From Candidatus Parcubacteria bacterium (GTDB taxonomy: Bacteria; Patescibacteriota; Minisyncoccia; UBA6257; 2-01-FULL-56-20), in NCBI GenBank assembly GCA_041169145.1, contig JBEEJO010000001.1:1-63098 (forward strand): a stretch of 63,098 bases of DNA, read 5' to 3'. Both the position numbers and the translations under genes were made by a program. Below the pieces are notes generated by a model, which saw only the letters and a program-made list of their open reading frames with translations, was not told where the DNA came from and ran no database searches. How positions within the stretch are numbered: position 1 is the first letter of the stretch; every line of letters starts with the position of its first letter. Of this stretch, positions 9,279-16,809 are shown one piece after another.

Positions 9279-10589
9279 CTAGCCGTATACGCGGGAATGG
9301 ATGTACTCCCCCAACTCAGCGATGGCGACGCGCTCCTGTTTTGCCGAATCGCGATCGCGGACGGTCACGGTATCCTTCTTTTCACCGCCGTTCTCTCCGA
9401 GCGTGTCGAAATCGACCGTAATGCAGTATGGCGTCCCGATCTCGTCCTGGCTGTAGTATCGCTTGCCGACATTTCCCCTATCATCCCATGCGATCATGAA
9501 CCGCTTGCGGAGATCCGTATAAATTTCCTTGGCTTTTCCCACTAACGCCGGTTTATTCGCCAAGAGCGGAAATACGGCGGCTTTATATGGCGCGAGTCGA
9601 GGTTTGAGTTTCAAGACCAGCCGGTCACCGTCTTCGGCATAGGCGCCGCATAAAACAGCAAGCACCGAGCGATCAACGCCCCAGGTCGGTTCAATGACAT
9701 GCGGATAGAACGCATCACCCTCCTCTTCTTTATAGGGCGGTTCTTTGAAGTGATTCTTGAGATCGAAGTCCGTACGATATGCCAAACCGTAGAGTTCATC
9801 TCGGCCGAACGGATATTCATATTCGAAGTCGATCGTCCGTTTCGAGTAGTGCGCCAGTTCGCTCTTTGGAACATCGAGTTCGAAAACGTTGTCCTTGATA
9901 TTCAATCCAAGATCGTTCTTCATCCAATCAAACATCTCTTCGCGCCAATGCTCGAACCATCGTTCCCACTCCTCGGGACGAATGAAATATTCTATCTCCA
10001 TCTGCTCGAATTCACGCGTCCGGAAAATGAAATTGCCAGGTGTTATCTCGTTTCGGAATGCCTTGCCGATCTGCGCGATGCCAAACGGGAGTTTCCGGCG
10101 AGTGGTATCGAGAACATTCTTAAAATCGACGAACATCGCCTGAGCCGTTTCTGGTCGGAAATATACGATGTTCGATCTTTCTTCCGCAGGACCAAGAAAG
10201 GTTTTCAGCATCAAATTGAACTGCTTAGCCTCAGTGAACGAATCCTCCGCCTTGCAATTCGGGCACGATCCCTTCGCATCTATTTTGTCAGCGCGGAATC
10301 TTTCATGGCATTGCTTGCATTCAACGAGCGGATCGGAAAACGTGGATAAATGCCCGCTCGCCTCCCATACTTTCGGGTTCATAATGAGCGCCGCATCAAT
10401 GCCAACGATATCGTCGCGCCGATGCACAAAACGCTCCCACCACGCTTTCTTGATGTTGTTCTTAAGCTCCACACCCAAGGGACCGTAGTCCCACGAATTC
10501 GCAAGACCGCCGTAAATTTCCGAACCCGGATACACGAATCCCCGGCGCTTTGCCAAACTCACGATCTTCTCCAAGGTCACCGATTCCAT
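9279..10589 (-). CDS. glyQS: glycine--tRNA ligase (single-chain alpha2 type)
   Basis: RRGFVYPGSEIYGGLANSWDYGPLG, FRNEITPGNFIFRTREFEQMEIEYF (class II motif 2), and a C-terminal anticodon-binding domain. Confidence 0.93.
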   Translation of the reverse strand: MESVTLEKIVSLAKRRGFVYPGSEIYGGLANSWDYGPLGVELKNNIKKAWWERFVHRRDDIVGIDAALIMNPKVWEASGHLSTFSDPLVECKQCHERFRADKIDAKGSCPNCKAEDSFTEAKQFNLMLKTFLGPAEERSNIVYFRPETAQAMFVDFKNVLDTTRRKLPFGIAQIGKAFRNEITPGNFIFRTREFEQMEIEYFIRPEEWERWFEHWREEMFDWMKNDLGLNIKDNVFELDVPKSELAHYSKRTIDFEYEYPFGRDELYGLAYRTDFDLKNHFKEPPYKEEEGDAFYPHVIEPTWGVDRSVLAVLCGAYAEDGDRLVLKLKPRLAPYKAAVFPLLANKPALVGKAKEIYTDLRKRFMIAWDDRGNVGKRYYSQDEIGTPYCITVDFDTLGENGGEKKDTVTVRDRDSAKQERVAIAELGEYIHSRVYG

Positions 10590-10590
10590 G

Positions 10591-12309
10591 TTACGGTTTT
10601 ACTTCATGATTTTGCCCGACAAGCGACGTGTCGTCGGGAAGGTTCGTATCCAGCTGTCGGTCGCTTGATTTGAGCTTCCGTTCCACAAAATTATCGTCCG
10701 CTTCAATGGTTGTCTCGCTCAGGAACTCAACGCTTTGGCCGACCTGATTCACAGCCGGAACATTCTCCACCTGGAACACGGCCTCCACCGGATCGCCCAG
10801 CAAGCCCTTCGTCGCCGGAAGATTTGCGATGTCCCAGCGCACTTCATTGGACGCCGCATTGAACCGCGGCTGAGCGCCAATGGTGCTTTTTATAACGCGT
10901 ACGAACCTGGTGTTGGATTGCAAGAAAGCGAACACGCGGATATTGGACACATCGGTTGAATGATTCTGGAGCTTCCAGTGGATGGTGTATTGCGTTGCCT
11001 GATTTATCCGCGGTGGGAAAACGCCGCTGTTCACCACATTCGCATCCGCGTCGTGGTAGAACGCCGACGCATCAACGGTTATCCTCCCCTGCACCTTGCT
11101 TTCCAAACCTGTCACCGAAATGGTCTTCGCCGCGCCCGTTTGCTCCGGAACGGTCGGTGATTCTATCTGTGCGCGGACCTTCAGCATGTAGTTCTTGTCG
11201 CTCAGACGCGTAATGGGAAACGCATCGCGAAGCGCGATGCGCAGGTTCACGAATCCGCTTCCGCCGGGACGGATCTGCGCGAGTCCCGGCGTGTTCGCCG
11301 TATTCCACGTGAACGTATTCGTCAGCGAATTGAAGAATGCCGTGGTCGCCGCCGTTCTGAAGTTATACATTTCACCCGTAAGCACTGCGGTAACGGTCAG
11401 GTTCTCCAATACAATAGGCGAATTATTCTTATAGATGAAACTGTAATCAAGGAACTCCCCTGCTCTTGCGACAAATCCCAAGCTTTCACGATTCACTTCA
11501 ATATTCAGGGAAAGCGGAGATTTACTGATACCCATCGCGACCTCCTGATCGGCAACGGTGTATGAACGTCCGGAAAATTCAGCCGAGAGCTTTGCCTTCA
11601 CCCTAAAGTAGGTCTCCGCAGCGCCAAGAACCGCCCCGGACATGACGACGCTCTTCTTTTCCCTGCGCCGGAGCGTGCCGAGCTCCCAGCGATTATTGGA
11701 CTGGCTCGGTTTCGGATCGCTCTTCGTGAATTGAAATACCGGCGGTAGCTCCAATTCAAGCCGCACATGCTCAAAATCGGAAGGCGAAGCGTTCTCGTAC
11801 GAGATGACGACATCAAAATTTTGCCCGCTGAAAACATTTTCGGGCGTTTCGAAGTTGAGCGTGATTGCCGGCTGGCCGATCTCCACATCAAATCCATCAA
11901 ACGCTTCAAATTGCGTCTTGCCGTTCGGACCGCCCACATAGGCGATCTTTGCCTCAACATGCTTCACGCTTTGAGAACCCCCCGTCGCAATGAGCGTAAA
12001 ACTTTGTTTGCCAAGCCCCTGTGCCGCAAGTTCGCCGATATCATACTCCGCAAATCGTACGTCGGCCGGCGAACCGACAAGCGAAAGATATTCCGGAAGA
12101 GAAAGCGTAAGCCGCGCGTCTTTCGCGGGGGCGGTTCCTTCGTTCGAGAATGACACATCAACCGTAAACGGCTCGCCGACCTTCACCGCGCTGGGAGCTA
12201 AAGCAGTGAGCTGAACTTCGCCGCTTTCGTGCGGCACGACATACATCACCAGCGCGATGAGAACAGCGCAAAACCCCGCACCCAGAAGGATCACAATGAT
12301 TTTTTTCAT
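10591..12309 (-). CDS. membrane-anchored hypothetical protein with repeated Ig-like (CARDB/DUF11-like) modules
   Basis: N-terminal TM helix followed by about 550 aa of beta-rich repeats. No catalytic motif recognised. Confidence 0.5.
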   Translation of the reverse strand: MKKIIVILLGAGFCAVLIALVMYVVPHESGEVQLTALAPSAVKVGEPFTVDVSFSNEGTAPAKDARLTLSLPEYLSLVGSPADVRFAEYDIGELAAQGLGKQSFTLIATGGSQSVKHVEAKIAYVGGPNGKTQFEAFDGFDVEIGQPAITLNFETPENVFSGQNFDVVISYENASPSDFEHVRLELELPPVFQFTKSDPKPSQSNNRWELGTLRRREKKSVVMSGAVLGAAETYFRVKAKLSAEFSGRSYTVADQEVAMGISKSPLSLNIEVNRESLGFVARAGEFLDYSFIYKNNSPIVLENLTVTAVLTGEMYNFRTAATTAFFNSLTNTFTWNTANTPGLAQIRPGGSGFVNLRIALRDAFPITRLSDKNYMLKVRAQIESPTVPEQTGAAKTISVTGLESKVQGRITVDASAFYHDADANVVNSGVFPPRINQATQYTIHWKLQNHSTDVSNIRVFAFLQSNTRFVRVIKSTIGAQPRFNAASNEVRWDIANLPATKGLLGDPVEAVFQVENVPAVNQVGQSVEFLSETTIEADDNFVERKLKSSDRQLDTNLPDDTSLVGQNHEVKP

Positions 12310-12364
12310 CTCAGTATTGAATCCCGGCGACGCACGATTTCCTATGAGACCCGTGTGTCATTCC

Positions 12365-12886
12365 CTACCCCATTGATATTACCGCACCTGGCTCAAGTTT
12401 TGAAGCATTCGTTTCCATCGAGGTTCTTGCGGGTGTGTGCGCAGCGCAGACGAATTCTTGCGTCCCGATCACGAACGCGCAAGGACGTTTTGCGCATTGG
12501 GAACAGGATGCATGCGCCGGGTCCCAGCCCAGAAGCGCAAGCACAACCCGCCAATGGTATGCGGCACCGGTGAGCGTATTCCACAGTTCGTTGTCACGCT
12601 CAGCATCGTGTATGAGGTGGTTCAACGCCCGCAGATCGCTTGGCGCATGCGGCAGGCGGCGTTCTTTGAGAGCGTCGGCGATGCGCATACCGTTCTTTTC
12701 CACAATGCGCACGGACGCTACATCTCCGATCTGGAGATGCGGCGTAAGTTTCGATGTTATCTTCCGCGCGCTTTTTCCCCGTACGACGATGCGGCCGAAC
12801 CGTTCGGTGAACAGGGAAAAGCGCGTATCCGCCTCTCCGACCGGTTCGGCATCAAGAACGATGGCCGTGCTTCGATATTCGTACAT
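12365..12886 (-). CDS. recO: DNA repair protein RecO (short form)
   Basis: N-terminal OB fold pattern (AIVLDAEPVGEADTRFSLFTERFGRIVVRGKSARK) and C-terminal CxxC...C zinc module. Its ATG overlaps the upstream stop (TAATG). Confidence 0.7.
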   Translation of the reverse strand: MYEYRSTAIVLDAEPVGEADTRFSLFTERFGRIVVRGKSARKITSKLTPHLQIGDVASVRIVEKNGMRIADALKERRLPHAPSDLRALNHLIHDAERDNELWNTLTGAAYHWRVVLALLGWDPAHASCSQCAKRPCAFVIGTQEFVCAAHTPARTSMETNASKLEPGAVISMG

Positions 12887-13068
12887 TACACCTCTGCGCG
12901 TGGCGGCTCCTCGCCGGAAGGAGGCGCATCCTGTTTTCCGTTATGCTTACCATCGGCACAGTCGCACGCCTCAAGCGGCTGTTCGTGCTTTGAACAATCC
13001 GGAGCATTGCACAAGCCGGGCTTATCCGCCTCGCCCTTGCATTCACCGGTACAAATATAGTGGATCAT
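12886..13068 (-). CDS. small cysteine-rich protein (putative metal-binding)
   Basis: MIHYICTGECKGEADKPGLCNAPDCSKHEQPLEACDCADGKH has 7 Cys in 40 aa. It is translationally coupled to recO. An alternative start lies at 13086. Confidence 0.5.
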   Translation of the reverse strand: MIHYICTGECKGEADKPGLCNAPDCSKHEQPLEACDCADGKHNGKQDAPPSGEEPPRAEV

Positions 13069-13093
13069 GGAAATCTGATATATCAACTCAATC

Positions 13094-13306
13094 TTATCGT
13101 TCTATTCTCCCCCATGCGATGGTATTCCATAAACGCTCATGGAAATAATACGCAATCATACTGACGAACGCGGCGACGATGGTGGCCTCAATGGACTGAA
13201 CAACTTTCCCGGTGAGCACGTATAACATGCCGAACGTGACGATCGTTGCGATGACGCGCCATACGACCGCTTTTACGAGCGATCGAAGTTTTGTTTCAGA
13301 GCTCAT
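13094..13306 (-). CDS. DUF2061-like small membrane protein
   Basis: KAVVWRVIATIVTF...IAYYFHERLWN pattern with two TM helices. Confidence 0.55.
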   Translation of the reverse strand: MSSETKLRSLVKAVVWRVIATIVTFGMLYVLTGKVVQSIEATIVAAFVSMIAYYFHERLWNTIAWGRIER

Positions 13307-13381
13307 ATGAGATAGCGAACGAATACAGGATCGGATATGTGCGCGGCGCGAACAGAACACGCACCGTGCGACCGCGATCGA

Positions 13382-13834
13382 TCACGTGAACATTTTTTCT
13401 CCCGATGCGCTCCACCGCTTCCGAAGATGCCACGCGGCCCAGAGATATGCGGCTCCCGTAATGACGAATAGGACCTGATTCCCATAGGAAACGGACATCC
13501 CGATGTTCTGCCCCAAAAGTCCGGCGAGACCCAAGTTAATGCCGGAAATGACGCTTACGAAGAACGCATACGTGTCGCGCTGGTCGCGTCCGCCAAAAAG
13601 CTTCTTCTCACCGCCGTGCCAGCGATACAGCAGATACGCCGAAGCGACGCCCGAGACGATCCACGACAGATGGAGAAACGGGAGCGTGATGCCATAGAGC
13701 GTCGGCAGAAAATACAAAACGGGCGGATATCCTCCGAGGAAGAGTGCCACCGCAGCGATCACGAGCCGAGTCTGCGACCAAACGAAACTATACCGCTCCA
13801 GCTGGTCCGGGTGAGTGTGATGTTTAATGCTCAT
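13382..13834 (-). CDS. hypothetical integral membrane protein
   Basis: 150 aa with four hydrophobic helices. Extended -10 (tggTATACT) ends 6 nt before the ATG. Confidence 0.5.
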   Translation of the reverse strand: MSIKHHTHPDQLERYSFVWSQTRLVIAAVALFLGGYPPVLYFLPTLYGITLPFLHLSWIVSGVASAYLLYRWHGGEKKLFGGRDQRDTYAFFVSVISGINLGLAGLLGQNIGMSVSYGNQVLFVITGAAYLWAAWHLRKRWSASGEKMFT

Positions 13835-13872
13835 CGGCTAAGTATACCACATCCACCGTCACGCCAATTTGA

Positions 13873-13900
13873 TTTACAAATCCTCATGTTCTGCTATTAT
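13873..13900 (+). promoter_or_regulatory. promoter TTTACA-16-TATTAT aimed at the first base of the tRNA-Leu 5'-half copy
   Basis: Hexamers at 13873-13878 and 13895-13900. The half-copy begins at 13911. Confidence 0.5.
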
Positions 13901-13910
13901 CATTGACGAC

Positions 13911-13985
13911 GCGCGGGTGGCGAAACCCGCCAGAGGCGGGCAAGCTGGCAGATTTAGCCGCCTTCGGCGGCCGCACTACCTTGAG
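13911..13985 (+). pseudogene. partial duplicate of tRNA-Leu(GAG): 5' half through the anticodon, interrupted by two GC hairpin inserts
   Basis: Blocks gcgcgggtggcgaaa, ctggcaga and gcactaccttgag are identical to 14236-14273. The inserts cccgccagaggcgggcaag and tttagccgccttcggcggcc each form a 6-bp hairpin. Confidence 0.8.
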
Positions 13986-13986
13986 A

Positions 13987-14229
13987 ATGGTAACAGTTTA
14001 TGTCATCAGAAGTTTAACGGGTAGTTTTAGATACGTCGGTATGACTGACAATTTGAAGCGTCGTTTGAAAGAACACAATTCTGGAAAAAGCAGAAGCACC
14101 CGAAGTTATGTGCCTCTCCGGCTAATCTATAGCGAAGATTGCAAGAATCGTATTCACGCCAGAGGCAGAGAGAAATTTTTAAAGAGCGGTGCTGGACGGA
14201 AGTTTCTTAATAATCTAGAATTTCGTTGA
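13987..14229 (+). CDS. GIY-YIG nuclease family protein (80 aa)
   Basis: VYVIRS...FRYVGMTDNLKRRLKEHNSG matches the GIY-(10-11)-YVG and R-x3-E-H-N core. The ATG sits immediately after the duplicated anticodon. Confidence 0.8.
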   Translation: MVTVYVIRSLTGSFRYVGMTDNLKRRLKEHNSGKSRSTRSYVPLRLIYSEDCKNRIHARGREKFLKSGAGRKFLNNLEFR

Positions 14230-14235
14230 GTAATT

Positions 14236-14319
14236 GCGCGGGTGGCGAAACTGGCAGACGCACTACCTTGAGGTGGTAGCGCCCGTAAGGGCTTGGAGGT
14301 TCAAATCCTCTCCCGCGCA
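14236..14319 (+). tRNA. tRNA-Leu (anticodon GAG), class II with long variable arm
   Basis: Acceptor gcgcggg/cccgcgc, anticodon arm ctacc-ttGAGgt-ggtag, T-arm ggaggttcaaatcctc, discriminator A, no encoded CCA. Confidence 0.9.
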
Positions 14320-14333
14320 CACAGAATCTTGCT

Positions 14334-15044
14334 ATGATCAAACCAATGAACCGCAACGGCTTCGCGCCAATCGTTATCCTAATCGTCGTCGTGGGAATTT
14401 TGGCTGTCGGTGCCGGAGGTTTAGCCATTCAAAAGGATGACGAAAATACGGTACTTAGACGACAAAATTACGCTCTAACCAACCAGGTCGACACTCTATC
14501 CAATCAACTTCAGCAACTTGCCGCTCAAAAACAGGTTATCACCCGAATCGAATCGCCAAAACAAGCTCCCTCGCCGACACCACAACCACCAGCTCCACCA
14601 AAACCATCCATTAATTCTTTTCAAATCGGTCAAGCATTTGACGTCGGTAGTATGCAATTTACAGTACTTTCGGCAGTCGACCTTGGAGGCCAATATCACT
14701 CAAATCGCACGACTGGTAAATACGTCGAAGTGACTTTTTCCGCAAAGAATATTGGCACGAATACTGCCTCTATCAACCCCGCTTATTACATACTCGATTC
14801 TCTAAATCGTCACTACGATACTACTGATTCTGTAATATATTATTCTCCACCAGATGGATATAAGCATTACTCAAGCTATCAAGGTCAGCCGGGTCCTTTT
14901 GGGCAGGATATGAGTTTGAACGATCTTAAACCCGGATTTACGCAAAGCTTCGGCTCACTTTTTGAAGTCGCAGCTGACTCTCAGGGCCTTACGTTATTGA
15001 TGGGGAAAGACAATAGCCCAAAGTATATTTCTCTTGGACTGTGA
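14334..15044 (+). CDS. membrane-anchored DUF4352-like protein
   Basis: N-terminal TM helix, coiled-coil/Pro-rich linker, then MQFTVLSA...KYVEVTFSAKNIGTNTASINPAYYILDS, typical of DUF4352 Ig-like domains. Looks more AT-rich than flanking genes by eye. Confidence 0.6.
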   Translation: MIKPMNRNGFAPIVILIVVVGILAVGAGGLAIQKDDENTVLRRQNYALTNQVDTLSNQLQQLAAQKQVITRIESPKQAPSPTPQPPAPPKPSINSFQIGQAFDVGSMQFTVLSAVDLGGQYHSNRTTGKYVEVTFSAKNIGTNTASINPAYYILDSLNRHYDTTDSVIYYSPPDGYKHYSSYQGQPGPFGQDMSLNDLKPGFTQSFGSLFEVAADSQGLTLLMGKDNSPKYISLGL

Positions 15045-15071
15045 CTATTAGGCTCTAATACCAGCTAAAAC

Positions 15072-15100
15072 AGTTCGAACATCGTCCCATCCCGCGCACA
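15072..15100 (+). repeat. tRNA-3'-end-like fragment: 21-nt core plus copy of the tRNA-Leu 3' terminus
   Basis: agttcgaacatcgtcccatcc (15072-15092) is identical to the reverse complement of 61891-61911. tcccgcgcaca (15090-15100) repeats 14311-14321. Confidence 0.75.
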
Positions 15101-15242
15101 TGAGAAAATCCCGCCGAATCTGTAAGGCGAGGATTCTTCGTTGTCCCGATGGAACGAAGCGACGAGGGAGAGAATGGACACCACGAATTACAAACATAGG
15201 GGGCTCGAATGGAGTCCCCTATTCTTCGAGCTGCATCGGCTC

Positions 15243-15431
15243 TCACTCCGGTAGCGTCCGCTCGCGGCGGACGTACTCCTGCATGAATACGTTGAGCTTC
15301 GTCACCGGCATACCCCTGCCGCCCGCGGCTTTGAACAGACGGTCGAGCTTCTTCGGATCTTCCACTTTCTGCAGCACATGAGCGAGATGTTGTTCTTTAC
15401 CACTCGTCCTCCGCGACCTTCCTCGCTGCAT
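15243..15431 (-). CDS. hypothetical small basic protein (62 aa)
   Basis: ATG at 15431 preceded by aaGGAGGacgat. The longer ORF version overlaps rplS. Confidence 0.4.
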   Translation of the reverse strand: MQRGRSRRTSGKEQHLAHVLQKVEDPKKLDRLFKAAGGRGMPVTKLNVFMQEYVRRERTLPE

Positions 15432-15487
15432 ATCGTCCTCCTTTTGTTCTGTCTGAAAGACTACCCGTAACGGTAACTGCTTGCAAC

Positions 15488-15518
15488 CAAAATCCCCGCT
15501 CAGGCGGCGGGGTTTTTG
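15488..15518 (-). terminator. intrinsic terminator downstream of rplS (hairpin symmetric, could act both ways)
   Basis: ccccgc-tcaggcg-gcgggg stem flanked by A-run and T-run. Confidence 0.6.
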
Positions 15519-15556
15519 GTTCTTGTTTCGTGATATGCGTCTCGTGAATCGTGTCG

Positions 15557-15865
15557 CTAAATCGACACTCCCAGCCGCTGCCGAATCTTCGCTCCGGATG
15601 CTTTGCGCACCCAATAAAGCTTTGCCTTGCCTACCTTCTTCGGCGAGGACACAATATCCACCTTAGAGATGAGGGGCGTATGCATCGGATAGATCTTTTC
15701 CACGCCAACGCCAGCAAGGACCGTGCGGACCGTGAACGTTCCACCGGCCTCGGAACCGTGTCGTTTGGCGATCACAATGCCCTCGAATGGGGCCGTTGCT
15801 TTTCCTTCCCAGACGCGAACCTTCGCGCCGGGCTTTATTTTATGGACAATTGCTTCTGCGATCAT
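15557..15865 (-). CDS. rplS: 50S ribosomal protein L19
   Basis: KPGAKVRVWEG...FEGIVIAKRHGSEAGGTFTVR...GVEKIYPMHTPLISKVDIV. Confidence 0.9.
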   Translation of the reverse strand: MIAEAIVHKIKPGAKVRVWEGKATAPFEGIVIAKRHGSEAGGTFTVRTVLAGVGVEKIYPMHTPLISKVDIVSSPKKVGKAKLYWVRKASGAKIRQRLGVSI

Positions 15866-15889
15866 GGGTATTGCTGTGGTTTGCGGCTG

Positions 15890-16285
15890 TTATTTCTGGT
15901 CAGCGAACGCCGTTTTCTTCGCCAGCTGATTCTTAATCATATTTTCCAAATCGTCAATAGAGGTCCGGGCTTTTACGTAATAGTCCACCGCGCCAAGGCT
16001 TCGCGCTTTTTCCACGTCCGTTTCCTGTCCCAAGTTCGTAGCGACGATGATCGGGATGGAGGTCAGTTCCGGATCGGAAGCGATATGCTCCATCAGCTCG
16101 AAACCGGACATCTTCGGCATGATGATATCTAAAATGACCAAGTCGGGCTTGAAACTCCGCATCTTCTGTATGCCTTCGTCGCCGTCGAACGCCTGGTCAA
16201 CGACAAAGCCGTCGTGTTCCATCCGGCTTTTGATGATCGAGGACAAAAAGCGGTCATCTTCCACGATGAGTACTTTTGGTTGCAT
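15890..16285 (-). CDS. single-domain response regulator (CheY-like receiver)
   Basis: VLIVEDD, phospho-acceptor LVILDIIMP, and the ATNLG and K positions are conserved. Confidence 0.85.
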   Translation of the reverse strand: MQPKVLIVEDDRFLSSIIKSRMEHDGFVVDQAFDGDEGIQKMRSFKPDLVILDIIMPKMSGFELMEHIASDPELTSIPIIVATNLGQETDVEKARSLGAVDYYVKARTSIDDLENMIKNQLAKKTAFADQK

Positions 16286-16297
16286 GGCGTTCTATTT

Positions 16298-16696
16298 CTA
16301 TGATGCTTGATTTTCCTGGCCCGGCTTTTTTGACAATCGATTTTTTACGACATTCTCAAGGTCATCGATGGACGTCTTCGCTTTAATGTAATAATCCACC
16401 GCGCCCAAGCTTCTGGCCTTTTCTACGTCAGATTCCTGGCCAAGATTTGAAACGACCATAATGGGAATGCTGTTCAATTCGACATCGCTCACCACGCGTT
16501 CCAAAAACTCAAAACCCGACACTTTTGGCAGGATGATGTCCAAGATGACAAGATCGGGCCGCAAGCTTCGCATCTTCTGCACGCCTTCGTCGCCGTCGAA
16601 CGCCTGATCAACGACAAAACCGTCGTGTTCTAGGCGACTCTTGAGCATAGACGACACAAATCGATCATCCTCTACGAGTAATACTTTCGGCTGCAT
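16298..16696 (-). CDS. single-domain response regulator, tandem paralogue of 15890-16285
   Basis: Long identical runs with the neighbour (HDGFVVDQAFDGDEG, KARSLGAVDYY). Start set at ATG 16696 because the longer ORF runs into the 16S gene. Confidence 0.85.
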   Translation of the reverse strand: MQPKVLLVEDDRFVSSMLKSRLEHDGFVVDQAFDGDEGVQKMRSLRPDLVILDIILPKVSGFEFLERVVSDVELNSIPIMVVSNLGQESDVEKARSLGAVDYYIKAKTSIDDLENVVKNRLSKKPGQENQAS

Positions 16697-16705
16697 ACTG
16701 CACCC

Positions 16706-16733
16706 AGTATAACAGATAGAGCTGGTCTGGCAA
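16706..16733 (-). promoter_or_regulatory. promoter TTGCCA-16-TATACT, 9 nt before the response-regulator ATG
   Basis: Plus-strand tggcaa at 16728-16733 and agtata at 16706-16711. Confidence 0.55.
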
Positions 16734-16809
16734 AATCGTTCGACTTTGCTCAGGGTAAAGAGCTTTTTCGTTGTCCCAACCCATCTCGGCATTGCCGAAA
16801 TGTCGACGT

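Noticed and set aside
13911-14319. Group I intron (as in cyanobacterial tRNA-Leu) carrying the GIY-YIG ORF inside tRNA-Leu.
   Set aside because: The downstream copy (14236-14319) is a complete cloverleaf on its own, so the upstream piece is a duplicate 5' half rather than a 5' exon. I recognised no group I core elements.
15100-15243. Hairpin-rich 140-nt stretch after the tRNA-Leu 3' repeat, considered as a tRNA-like or small RNA gene.
   Set aside because: No cloverleaf could be drawn and no promoter or terminator signals were seen. The local stems are short (7-9 bp). There is not enough evidence to call a feature.
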